A DNA stretch of 64,000 nt from an uncultured Acidobacteriota bacterium (GTDB lineage Bacteria > Acidobacteriota > Thermoanaerobaculia > Multivoradales > UBA5704). Under the pieces are notes generated by a model. The model was not told the origin of the DNA. It ran no database searches and saw only the letters and a list, made by a program, of their open reading frames with translations. The first letter of the stretch is position 1. Each line of letters starts with the position of its first letter. The stretch spans positions 800,218 to 864,217 of the forward strand of contig CAVSXT010000003.1 in NCBI GenBank assembly GCA_963732005.1, in the 5' to 3' direction. Made by a program: the position numbers and the translations under genes. Positions 48,078 through 56,389 of this stretch are shown here, one piece after another.

Positions 48078-49388
48078 ATGGCCCATCTATCCAGGAACCT
48101 GGGCTTGATCTGCTCGGATGCCCGCCTGGCCGACTTCACACTCGCCGTCGCCCTCTGTCTGCTCTACTGGCTGGCAATGGTGGTGGTGCGCTGGAATCGT
48201 GTGGCCATGCCCAATCGCTTCGCCCTGCGCGCTCAGATTGCGTCCGTCAGAGCCGAATTGAAGACCTTGGAACAGGCCGCAGCAGCTTCGCCGCCTACCA
48301 ATGCCGCCGGGCTGCTGGACCAGGCGAGCCGCTTGATCGACGGCCCTAGCGAGGTGTCCGGCAACCGCCTTCTCAACTATCTGTTCTGGTCGCGGTGGCA
48401 GGAAGTCGCCGGCTGGGGTTATACCCAGGCTGCGCAGATTCAGATGGTTCCCTTGCTGCAGGAGCCGACCGTCCGCGTGCGCCTCATGGCCACTGCCGCC
48501 GAGTTCGAGCTTGCCGACGACCCTGCCTGCCGGGTACTGGCGGACATCGCGATCACTGAGCTCGCCGCCCAGCCGCCGGCGCTACCACGACTGCATGCTC
48601 TTCTCGCCCAGGCCCTGTCCGCCAAATGCGACAGCGATTACGGCTCCTACGCCGATCAGGTGAGCTGGCAGAACAAGGCCTCCTGGCTGGTCGGCTGCTG
48701 CCTGCTGCTGATCGTGTTCCTGACCAGCGCCTTTCCCAGTCAGAGTATCCTCTTCCTGGTCGGGGCCACCGGCGGCCTGCTGAGCCGCCTCAGCCGGTCC
48801 CTGAAGAGCAAGGATGCGCCGATGGCCTACGGCACCTACTGGACTACCCTCTTCCTCAGCCCGGTGACAGGCGCCCTCGGTGGCTGGGTCGGTATCCTGA
48901 TCGCAGGCTTGGCGGTCCACTTGCAGATCCTCGATAGCACGCTAGGTGTTGGTTGGGGCCATGCGCATGAACCGATGACCCTCGCGGTTGCGGTCGCCTT
49001 CGGGACCTCCGAGCGCCTGCTCGACAGCGTCTTCGACAAGCTCGACGACAAGGCTTCCCTCCAGGCTGCGCCGTCCATCTCCCAGGCGGCGCGGTCCACC
49101 GCTGGGGCCAAGGCTCCTTTTGCCATCGTCGATCCCGGTGTTATCCCAGGCAATGCCGGGCAAGGCGGCACTGTCCAGCTCCAGATCACGGGCGCTGTGG
49201 GCAGCGTGACCTGGACCCTGGTCCAACCCGCGCCTGCCAAGCTGTCGATAACGCCGGCCGGCGGCCTCCTGACCTGGGGACCGCTGGATGCCGGCAGCTT
49301 TGGCGTCAGCGTTCAGGCGGCGGACTCGGCCACCCATGCCACCGCGATACGGCAGGTCATGATCCAGATCGCCGCAGTGCCTGGATAA
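48078..49388 (+). CDS. hypothetical multi-TM membrane protein with C-terminal Ig-like domain
   Basis: 436-aa ORF with five or six hydrophobic segments and a beta-rich C-terminus; visibly less GC-biased codons. Confidence 0.65.
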   Translation: MAHLSRNLGLICSDARLADFTLAVALCLLYWLAMVVVRWNRVAMPNRFALRAQIASVRAELKTLEQAAAASPPTNAAGLLDQASRLIDGPSEVSGNRLLNYLFWSRWQEVAGWGYTQAAQIQMVPLLQEPTVRVRLMATAAEFELADDPACRVLADIAITELAAQPPALPRLHALLAQALSAKCDSDYGSYADQVSWQNKASWLVGCCLLLIVFLTSAFPSQSILFLVGATGGLLSRLSRSLKSKDAPMAYGTYWTTLFLSPVTGALGGWVGILIAGLAVHLQILDSTLGVGWGHAHEPMTLAVAVAFGTSERLLDSVFDKLDDKASLQAAPSISQAARSTAGAKAPFAIVDPGVIPGNAGQGGTVQLQITGAVGSVTWTLVQPAPAKLSITPAGGLLTWGPLDAGSFGVSVQAADSATHATAIRQVMIQIAAVPG

Positions 49389-49452
49389 CGCCGGAGGTGG
49401 CGGCAGCGGCGAGGCTCTATGAACGGGTTCACGTGACGCCATAGGAAGCGGG

Positions 49453-51003
49453 TCAGTAACGCGGCACCGCGGGGTCCACCTCGTGGCTCCAGGCGTCGAT
49501 GCCGCCGGCGAGGTTGCGCGCGGCCTTGAAGCCGCGCCGGCGCATCAGCTGGACGGCCTGGGTGGAGCGGCCGCCGTGGTGGCAATGCACCACGTAGCGC
49601 GCCGCCGGGTCCAGCTGCTCGAGCTGCTGCGGGAAGTCCTGCAATGGGATGAGCCGAGCGCCGTCGATATGGCAGATGGCGTGCTCGAGCGGCGAGCGCA
49701 CGTCGATGAGGGTGAAGTCGCGCCCCTCGTCGAGCCACCGCTTGACCTCGGCAGCCTCGACGTCGAAATCGGCGTCGTTGTCGGCGGCGTCGGCGCTGTC
49801 TGGCGATGGCGCGCCGGCCGCCCCCGCCGTGCCGGCCTGACCGGCGTGCGCCGCGCCCCCGGCCAGGGCCGGCGGCGCGATGCCGCAGAACTGGTCGTAG
49901 TCGATCAGCTCGTGCTGGGTCGGGTGCTCGGAGCAGATCGGGCAGGCGGGGTCCTTGCGCAGCTTGAGCTCGCGGAACTTGAGCTTCAGGGCGTCGAACA
50001 GCAGCAGCCGGCCGATCATCGGCTCGCCGGCGCCGACGATCAGCTTGATCACCTCGTTGGCCTGCAGCGCGCCGATGATCCCCGGCAGCACTCCGAGCAC
50101 GCCGCCCTCGGCGCACGACGGCACCAGGCCGGGCGGCGGTGGTTCCGGGAAGAGGCAGCGGTAGCACGGCCCCCGGGCCCCCCAGAAGATCGAGACCTGG
50201 CCCTCGAAGCGGAAGATCGAGCCGTAGACGTTGGGCTTACCGGTGAGCACGCAGGCGTCGTTGACCAGGTAGCGGGTCTGGAAGTTGTCGGTGCCGTCGA
50301 CCACGATGTCGTAAGGCGCGAACAGCTCGAGGGCGTTGCTCGAGTCGAGCCGCACCGGGTGCGGCTGCAAGGCGATGTAGGGGTTGATGCCGCGCAGCCG
50401 CTCGACCGCCGCGTCGAGCTTCGGCCGCCCGACGTCGGCGTGGCTGAACAGCACCTGGCGGTGGAGGTTGCTCTCGTCGACGACGTCGAAGTCGACCACG
50501 CCGAGGGTGCCCACGCCGGCCGCCGCCAGGTAGAGGCCGAGCGGCGAGCCCAGGCCGCCGGCGCCGATCATCAGCACCTTCGCCGCCTTCAGCCGCCGCT
50601 GCCCCTCGATCCCCACCTCGGGCATGATGAGGTGGCGGCTGTACTGGCGGATCTCGTCGGGGCTCAGCGCCGGCAGCTCGTTGCCGTCTCCGGGCGCGAC
50701 CGCCGCCTGCGACGGCGGGCTGGCCACGGCGCTGCCGCCGGCGATCGACGGGATGATCGTCAGGGTGTCGCCGGGCGCGACCCGGGTGGCGCCGCGCTCG
50801 AGGTGGCGCACGTCGTCGTCGTTGAGGAAGACGTTGACGAAGCTGCGCAGCGCGCCGTCGGCGGTGTAGAGGTGCGGCTCGAGGCCGGGGTGCTGCCGGG
50901 TGAGGTCGCCGAGCGCCTCGTCCACGGTGCCGCCCTGGACCTCCACGTCGGCCGCCTCGCCGGTGAAGCGCCGCAGCGGAGTCGGGATCTGGATGGTCGC
51001 CAT
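49453..51003 (-). CDS. MoaD/CysO-like Ubl + MoeB (E1) + rhodanese triple fusion
   Basis: Ubl ending IPSIAGG; YSRH, GAGGLG, SNLHRQ, DGTDNF, CYRC, PSCAE and CPIC; rhodanese HCHHGGRS. Confidence 0.9.
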   Translation of the reverse strand: MATIQIPTPLRRFTGEAADVEVQGGTVDEALGDLTRQHPGLEPHLYTADGALRSFVNVFLNDDDVRHLERGATRVAPGDTLTIIPSIAGGSAVASPPSQAAVAPGDGNELPALSPDEIRQYSRHLIMPEVGIEGQRRLKAAKVLMIGAGGLGSPLGLYLAAAGVGTLGVVDFDVVDESNLHRQVLFSHADVGRPKLDAAVERLRGINPYIALQPHPVRLDSSNALELFAPYDIVVDGTDNFQTRYLVNDACVLTGKPNVYGSIFRFEGQVSIFWGARGPCYRCLFPEPPPPGLVPSCAEGGVLGVLPGIIGALQANEVIKLIVGAGEPMIGRLLLFDALKLKFRELKLRKDPACPICSEHPTQHELIDYDQFCGIAPPALAGGAAHAGQAGTAGAAGAPSPDSADAADNDADFDVEAAEVKRWLDEGRDFTLIDVRSPLEHAICHIDGARLIPLQDFPQQLEQLDPAARYVVHCHHGGRSTQAVQLMRRRGFKAARNLAGGIDAWSHEVDPAVPRY

Positions 51004-51052
51004 GTGACGTGTCTCCTTTGGGATGATGATGCCCGGCGTCGCCGGCCGGTGC

Positions 51053-51532
51053 TCAGGCAGGCCGCTCGGGCTCCGCCGGGCTGGCGAGATGCTCCTCTTC
51101 GAAGCGCTCGCGGTCGTCGCGCAGCCGCCAGCTCCTGGCCTGGTCCACCTGGCCTGCCTGCACCGAGACGATCAGGTACGACAGCCCCGGCCAAGCGTGC
51201 TCGCGGTCGAACTCGCTGGGCGCCGCGGGATGGTCGGGGTGCGAATGGTAGTAGCCCACCACCGCGAGACCGGCGGCCCGCGCTTCCTTGTGCGCGGCGA
51301 GCACCGTTTCCGGACTCATCACGAAGCGGTTGTGCCGGCTGTCCCCCCGCTCGTTGGCGGCCGGCACGATGCGCGCCACCCGGGTGACGCCGTCGCGGGT
51401 CTCGCCGAGCAGGAAGCCACAGCACTCCTCGGGGTAGGTGCGCTCGGCATGGCGGCCGACCGCCGCCATGTCGGCGGCGGACACCGCCAGGGCGGCCGGC
51501 GCCGCGGCCGCGGGCTCGCCGCTCGCGGTCAT
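51053..51532 (-). CDS. JAMM/MPN+ metallopeptidase (Mec-like, M67)
   Basis: YPEECCG and GYYHSHPDHPAAPSEFD motifs. Confidence 0.9.
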   Translation of the reverse strand: MTASGEPAAAAPAALAVSAADMAAVGRHAERTYPEECCGFLLGETRDGVTRVARIVPAANERGDSRHNRFVMSPETVLAAHKEARAAGLAVVGYYHSHPDHPAAPSEFDREHAWPGLSYLIVSVQAGQVDQARSWRLRDDRERFEEEHLASPAEPERPA

Positions 51533-52518
51533 GCGCTGGGCGCCTCTTCCCAGAAGCGATCGGAGAGGTACTTGTCGGCGCCGTCGGGAAGCACGGTGAC
51601 GATGGTCGCGGTGGCGCCACGCGGCAGCTCGTTCGCCACCTGCAGGGCCGCCGCGACGTTGGCGCCGGCCGAGACGCCGACCCGCAGCCCCAACTCGCGC
51701 GCCAGGCGATGCACCATGGCGTAGGCGGCCTCGGTCGGCAGCTCGCGCGCCGCGTCGGCCAGGCCGGGATCGTAGATCCCCGGCACCAGGGCCGAGGCCA
51801 TGTGCTTCATCCCCTCGAGGCCATGGAACGGCGAGTCGGGCTCGACCGAGATCAGCTTGACCGCCGGCCGGGTGTCGCGCAGGAACCGTCCCACGCCGAT
51901 GAAGGTGCCGCTGGTGCCGAGGCCGGTGACGAAATGGGTGATCTCGCCGCCGGTCTGGGCCCAGATCTCCGGGCCGGTGGTGCGATAGTGCGCCCCCCAG
52001 TTCTCGGGATTCGAGTACTGGTCGAGGTAGGCATAGCGCTCTGGTTCCGCGGCGGCCAGCCGGCGGGCCTCGAGGATGGCGCCGTCGCTGCCGGCCAGGG
52101 GATCGGTCAGATGCAGCTCGGCGCCGTAGGCGAGCAGGATCTTGCGCCGCTCGGGGCTGGCGTTCTCCGGCATGCAGAGCGTCACCGGGATGCGCCGCAC
52201 CGCGCCGATCATGGCGTAGGCGATGCCGGTGTTGCCGGAGGTGGCGTCGAGCAGCCGCCGGCCAGCGGCGCCGGGACCCGGCGCGGCGAAGCGGCCTCGC
52301 CGCTCGGCGTCGAGGATGATGGCGAGGGCGGCGCGGTCCTTGACCGAGCCGCCGGGGTTGGCCTGCTCGGCCTTGGCCAGCAGGCGCACCCCGGATCGTC
52401 CGGCGAGCTCGGAGAGGTCGACCAGCGGGGTATTGCCGATCAGCTCCAGCACGCGCCGCGGGCCGGCCAGGGACCAGCCCGGCGGCGGCGCCAGCGCGAC
52501 GATCGAGGTCTCCGGCAT
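51529..52518 (-). CDS. cysM: cysteine synthase B-like PLP enzyme
   Basis: IGNTPL, NPGGSVKDRA, ATSGNTG, DQYSNP.N and GTSGT. Confidence 0.85.
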   Translation of the reverse strand: MPETSIVALAPPPGWSLAGPRRVLELIGNTPLVDLSELAGRSGVRLLAKAEQANPGGSVKDRAALAIILDAERRGRFAAPGPGAAGRRLLDATSGNTGIAYAMIGAVRRIPVTLCMPENASPERRKILLAYGAELHLTDPLAGSDGAILEARRLAAAEPERYAYLDQYSNPENWGAHYRTTGPEIWAQTGGEITHFVTGLGTSGTFIGVGRFLRDTRPAVKLISVEPDSPFHGLEGMKHMASALVPGIYDPGLADAARELPTEAAYAMVHRLARELGLRVGVSAGANVAAALQVANELPRGATATIVTVLPDGADKYLSDRFWEEAPSA

Positions 52519-52590
52519 CGGCGTGAAGGTCTCGCGGATCGGAATGGCGGCCGGGCGGTGGCTCCTTGGCTGTAAAAGAGAGCGATCCGG

Positions 52591-53847
52591 TCACAAATTC
52601 CCGGCCGCCAGCGCGGGCTCCGCCGGGGCCCGCTCGCGTTCCAGCACCAGTGCCGTCCAATCGTCCTCGAGGACCGGCCGGGTGGCCGCCCGCACCCGCT
52701 CGATCAGGCCGTCGAGCCAGGCAAGCGGCTGTCCGGCGTTGCCTCCGGCCGCCGCCAGCAGGCCGGCGAGCGCGTCGTAACCGAGCGGCTCGCCGCCGCC
52801 GGCGCGCGCCTCGGCCAGGCCGTCGGTGAGCAGCAGCAGGCGATCCCCCGGGGCGAGCTGCAGGTCCAGCGAGCCGTAGTCGACTTCGCCCCGCACTCCG
52901 AGCGGCAGCCGCGGACCCGGAACCACCTGTGGCGCCGGCGGTTTTCCCGCGGCCAGCAGGTAGGGGTCGGGAAGGCCGGCGTTGGCCAGCTCGACCCGGC
53001 CCACGGCCGGCTCGAAGCGCGCGAAGGCAAGCGCCACGAACTCGCGGCCCGGCAGCTCGACGGCGAGGCGGCGGTTGAGCTCGCGCAGGGTGTCGGCGGC
53101 CGAGCGCTCGGCGGCGACCAGCGGCAGCATCGCCTTGACCGAGGCCATGATCAGCGCCGCCGCCATGCCCTTGCCGGCGACGTCGCCCACCACCACCCCC
53201 AGGGCGCCGTCCGGCAGCAGGAAGGAGTCGTAGAAGTCGCCGGCCACCAGGCTGGCAGCCAGGTTGCGTGCCGCGATGCGGTAGCCGTCGCCGTCGATGG
53301 CGGGAGGCGGCAGCAGCCGGCTCTGGAGCTCGCGCGCCAGCTGCAGCTCCTTGGCGGCGAACTCGACCTCCTTGAGCCGGGCGACGCTGGCTTCGAGGCG
53401 AGAGCGCAGGACGCTGAAGCCATAGAAGCCGAAGCCGAAGAACACCGCCAGTCCGCCGGTGACCGGCAGGTAGAGCGCGGTCTCCGACCCGAGCGGCAGG
53501 TGGAAGGCCCAGGCCGCCAGGCCCTTCACCGTGAGCCAGGCCGCCAGCCCGCCGGCGGCGAACAGCGCCGCGCGGGCGGCGAGAGCCCATTCCCTGCGGA
53601 GGCGGTCGATCGCGTTCCCCAGCAGGCCGTAGGCCAGTCGCAGATAGATCTCGATCATCAGCCCGACGCCGGCGCCGGCCGCGATCGAGATGACCAGATC
53701 CACGCCGCGGTCCCTGAGCGACATCAGGCCGCCGATCACCGCGCCGAGAGCGATCGCGAGCGCCGGTTCCCCGACCCAGCGGGTCCAGCGGCTGGCAGGC
53801 TGCGGCGCGGTGGCGGCCTCGGAATCGGCCAGGTCGGCGGCGGACAT
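52591..53847 (-). CDS. membrane-bound PP2C/SpoIIE-type phosphatase (RsbU-like)
   Basis: Four TM; ELQLARELQ..LLP, AGDFYD, GDVAGKG, ANAG, TDGL and DDWT. Confidence 0.88.
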   Translation of the reverse strand: MSAADLADSEAATAPQPASRWTRWVGEPALAIALGAVIGGLMSLRDRGVDLVISIAAGAGVGLMIEIYLRLAYGLLGNAIDRLRREWALAARAALFAAGGLAAWLTVKGLAAWAFHLPLGSETALYLPVTGGLAVFFGFGFYGFSVLRSRLEASVARLKEVEFAAKELQLARELQSRLLPPPAIDGDGYRIAARNLAASLVAGDFYDSFLLPDGALGVVVGDVAGKGMAAALIMASVKAMLPLVAAERSAADTLRELNRRLAVELPGREFVALAFARFEPAVGRVELANAGLPDPYLLAAGKPPAPQVVPGPRLPLGVRGEVDYGSLDLQLAPGDRLLLLTDGLAEARAGGGEPLGYDALAGLLAAAGGNAGQPLAWLDGLIERVRAATRPVLEDDWTALVLERERAPAEPALAAGNL

Positions 53848-53945
53848 CTCGGTATCGTATACGGCGCCTGGTGACGGCGGTTCTGGCCGTTGGGCGCGGC
53901 GGGGCGGCGGGGCGGCTCGCGGGGGCCGGGCGATGATATCGGCTG

Positions 53946-54803
53946 TTACCGGGGTTGCAGCGCCTGCACCAATTCCGGCGGCAGCGGGACCACCAGCGAG
54001 GCCACCACCGACGCGACGGTCAGCGCCAGGCAGATCAGCGCCGCGGCCTGGTGATCGCCGCGCTCCGGCTTGAGCGGATCCAGGAGGCGGCCGGCGAGGT
54101 AGCCGCCGGCGAAGCCGCCGATGTGCGCGAAGTTGTCGACGCCGGGCATCATGAAGCCGAAAAGGATCATGGTGATGGCATAGCTCCAGGCCATCTTGCC
54201 GACGGCGCTGCTGCCGCTGCGCCGGCCGTAATAGACCAGCGCCCCGACGAAGCCGAGGATGGGGGCCGAGGCGCCCAGCGTCAGGCCGGCGCCCAGATGG
54301 ACGAACCCCATCGAGCTGCTGAGCAGGAAGCCGGTGACCGAGGAGACCGAGTAGATGATCACCATCCGGCTCGGGCCGTAGAACTCGGCGATCGCCGGGG
54401 CCAGGTAGCGCACCCAGTACAGGTTGAAGCCGATGTGCAGCAGCCCGGCGTGCAGCCAGCCGGCCGACAGCAGGGTCCACCAGCGGTGCAGAACGAAGAC
54501 CGGGATCCTGCCGCTGGCCCCGAACCGCACCTCGCTGAGGATGCTGGGTGAAAGCAGGCTCAGCAGGCCGCTCATCTGGATGTGCTGCGGGTCCGCCGCC
54601 AGCATCAGCAGGTAGAGCAGGACGCAGCCGCCGATCACCGCGTCGACGAAGCCCATGTCGCGCCCCAGCCGCCGCAGCCAGGCGTTGAAGCCAAACATCC
54701 CGGGGCTGCGCCGGCCGCAGTAGGGGCACTCTTTCTCGTTGACCCCCACCAGCCTGCCGCACGACGGGCAGAGCACCGAACCGCTGCGCTGGCGTTCGAA
54801 CAT
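53946..54803 (-). CDS. rhomboid intramembrane serine protease with N-terminal zinc ribbon
   Basis: CPSC/CPYC; WLHAGLLHIGFN, GASA (Ser) and AHIGG (His). Confidence 0.88.
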   Translation of the reverse strand: MFERQRSGSVLCPSCGRLVGVNEKECPYCGRRSPGMFGFNAWLRRLGRDMGFVDAVIGGCVLLYLLMLAADPQHIQMSGLLSLLSPSILSEVRFGASGRIPVFVLHRWWTLLSAGWLHAGLLHIGFNLYWVRYLAPAIAEFYGPSRMVIIYSVSSVTGFLLSSSMGFVHLGAGLTLGASAPILGFVGALVYYGRRSGSSAVGKMAWSYAITMILFGFMMPGVDNFAHIGGFAGGYLAGRLLDPLKPERGDHQAAALICLALTVASVVASLVVPLPPELVQALQPR

Positions 54804-54823
54804 GGCGCGTACTCTACCCTGGC

Positions 54824-55807
54824 TCAGGGGTCGTGGCGCGGCGGGTCGCGCGGCAGCGGATCGCGCCAGGCGGGCTCGCCGGTGCCCGGGGAGTCGAGCG
54901 GGTCTTCGACCGGCGGCTCGGCCGGCGGCCCCTGCTCCGGGTCGTCCTCGGGCTCGCGCCGCGCCGGTGGGTCGTCGTCCGGAACGGCCGCGAGGAGCTG
55001 GCCGCTCCAGGCACGGGCGAGGATCTCGGCGGCGCGGCCGGCGTCGGCGCGGCGCACCTCGAGGCGGTTGTAGGCGACCGTCTCGGCGGAGAGCAGATGG
55101 ACCGCCGGTAGCCGCTCCTCGAGCACGCAACAGCGCAGGCCCTCGGATTCCAGGAAGCTGCGTGCCAGGTGGGCCTCCCAGGTGGTGTGGAAACGGGCGA
55201 CGGTATGGAGGGCCGTGTCATCGCCGGCGCCAGCAGCGCCGCCCTGGTCCGCAACGGCGGTGTCGGCAACTGCCTGGCCACCGATCTCGCCGGCTCCCCA
55301 AAGGATGCCGCAGGCGCCGCAGCGATAGCCGCGACGCGAGACCGGCAGCATGCCGAGCAGCCGGCGCGACGACCGCTCCGGCTGCAGGTCGGGGCTGCCG
55401 CAGGCGGGGCAGGCGCGGGAGCCAAGCAAGGCAGGGAGGGCAAGGGAGCCCGGGAGGCCGGCAGACCGCTCGGACTCATCGGACCCATCGGAATGATCGG
55501 AGGCGTGGGGAAGGGCGCCGTCGCCGCCGGCAGCGGCCGGGCCGGTGGCCACCAGGTAGATCTCGGGCAGCGGGGCGAGCCGCCGCAGCACCTCGGTTGC
55601 CGCCTCGGCGTCCTGCTCCCGGACCTTGAGCTGCACGCCGCCGACGGCGTTGGACAGCGCCACCATGCGGATGACGTGCTCGTTGGCGATCAGCGAGTGG
55701 AGGCCTTCGGCGCTCAGCCTGGCCTGGGCGAGCTGCGCTTCCCAGGGGGTGCTGAACGTGCCGATGGTGATCAGCCGCTGCAGCTCGTAGGAGGTGGAGT
55801 CGGGCAT
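54824..55807 (-). CDS. tandem DUF2007 domains flanking a zinc ribbon
   Basis: Two F...WEA.LA...L..EG repeats; CPAC and CGAC in between. Confidence 0.7.
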   Translation of the reverse strand: MPDSTSYELQRLITIGTFSTPWEAQLAQARLSAEGLHSLIANEHVIRMVALSNAVGGVQLKVREQDAEAATEVLRRLAPLPEIYLVATGPAAAGGDGALPHASDHSDGSDESERSAGLPGSLALPALLGSRACPACGSPDLQPERSSRRLLGMLPVSRRGYRCGACGILWGAGEIGGQAVADTAVADQGGAAGAGDDTALHTVARFHTTWEAHLARSFLESEGLRCCVLEERLPAVHLLSAETVAYNRLEVRRADAGRAAEILARAWSGQLLAAVPDDDPPARREPEDDPEQGPPAEPPVEDPLDSPGTGEPAWRDPLPRDPPRHDP

Positions 55808-55819
55808 CGGATCAGCGCT

Positions 55820-56002
55820 TCACCGGAAGCCGCCGGAGCGCAGCAGCGCGGTCAGGCCGGCGAACACCGCGGCGAAGAAGAGCAGCGTCAGCAGCGCGGC
55901 GCCCACCGCGGCGCGCCGGCCGCGGAAGTGGGCGCCGATCGCGTAGGCACCGGCCGCGGCGATCAGCGCGAAGAGCACGAAGACCACGTTGGGGGGCATC
56001 AT
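55820..56002 (-). CDS. small two-TM membrane protein
   Basis: 60 aa, two hydrophobic helices, fills the operon gap. Confidence 0.6.
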   Translation of the reverse strand: MMPPNVVFVLFALIAAAGAYAIGAHFRGRRAAVGAALLTLLFFAAVFAGLTALLRSGGFR

Positions 56003-56035
56003 TGGCGATGACGGTGCGAGCGCTGCGGGCCGGGC

Positions 56036-56389
56036 TCACGGGCGCTCCCGCTCGTCGCCCTCGCCGGCCTCCTCGAGGCTCTGGACGATCTGGGTAACCT
56101 CGACCTCGGCCCTGCGGATCTTGCCCCGGCACAGGTCGAGCAGCTCGGCGGCGCGGCGCAGCTCCTGCGCCAGCTGATCGATGTCGATCTCCTCGCCCTC
56201 GATCCGTCGCAGGATGCCCTCGAGCTCCTCCATCGCCTGGCGGAAGCTCGGCGCCTCGTCCGCCGCGGCCCCCTGCGCCGGCCCGGCATCCACCCGCGCC
56301 CGGTCCGACCCCGGCCGAGCGGTTCCTGCCGGCGCCTCGTCCGGCATCGGCAACGCCTCCTCGCCGCCTGGTCCGCCATGCTCGCTCAA
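56036..56389 (-). CDS. xseB: exodeoxyribonuclease VII small subunit
   Basis: SFRQAMEELEGILRRIEGEEIDID.L...A.L...C..KI..AE; AAGGAGG before a TTG that overlaps the xseA stop (alternative ATG 56347). Confidence 0.85.
   Translation of the reverse strand: MSEHGGPGGEEALPMPDEAPAGTARPGSDRARVDAGPAQGAAADEAPSFRQAMEELEGILRRIEGEEIDIDQLAQELRRAAELLDLCRGKIRRAEVEVTQIVQSLEEAGEGDERERP

Noticed and set aside
49453-51532. E1+JAMM as an antiviral ubiquitin-like conjugation system
   Set aside because: There is no E2; the E1 is a canonical MoeB with rhodanese and sits with cysM, which indicates sulfur transfer.
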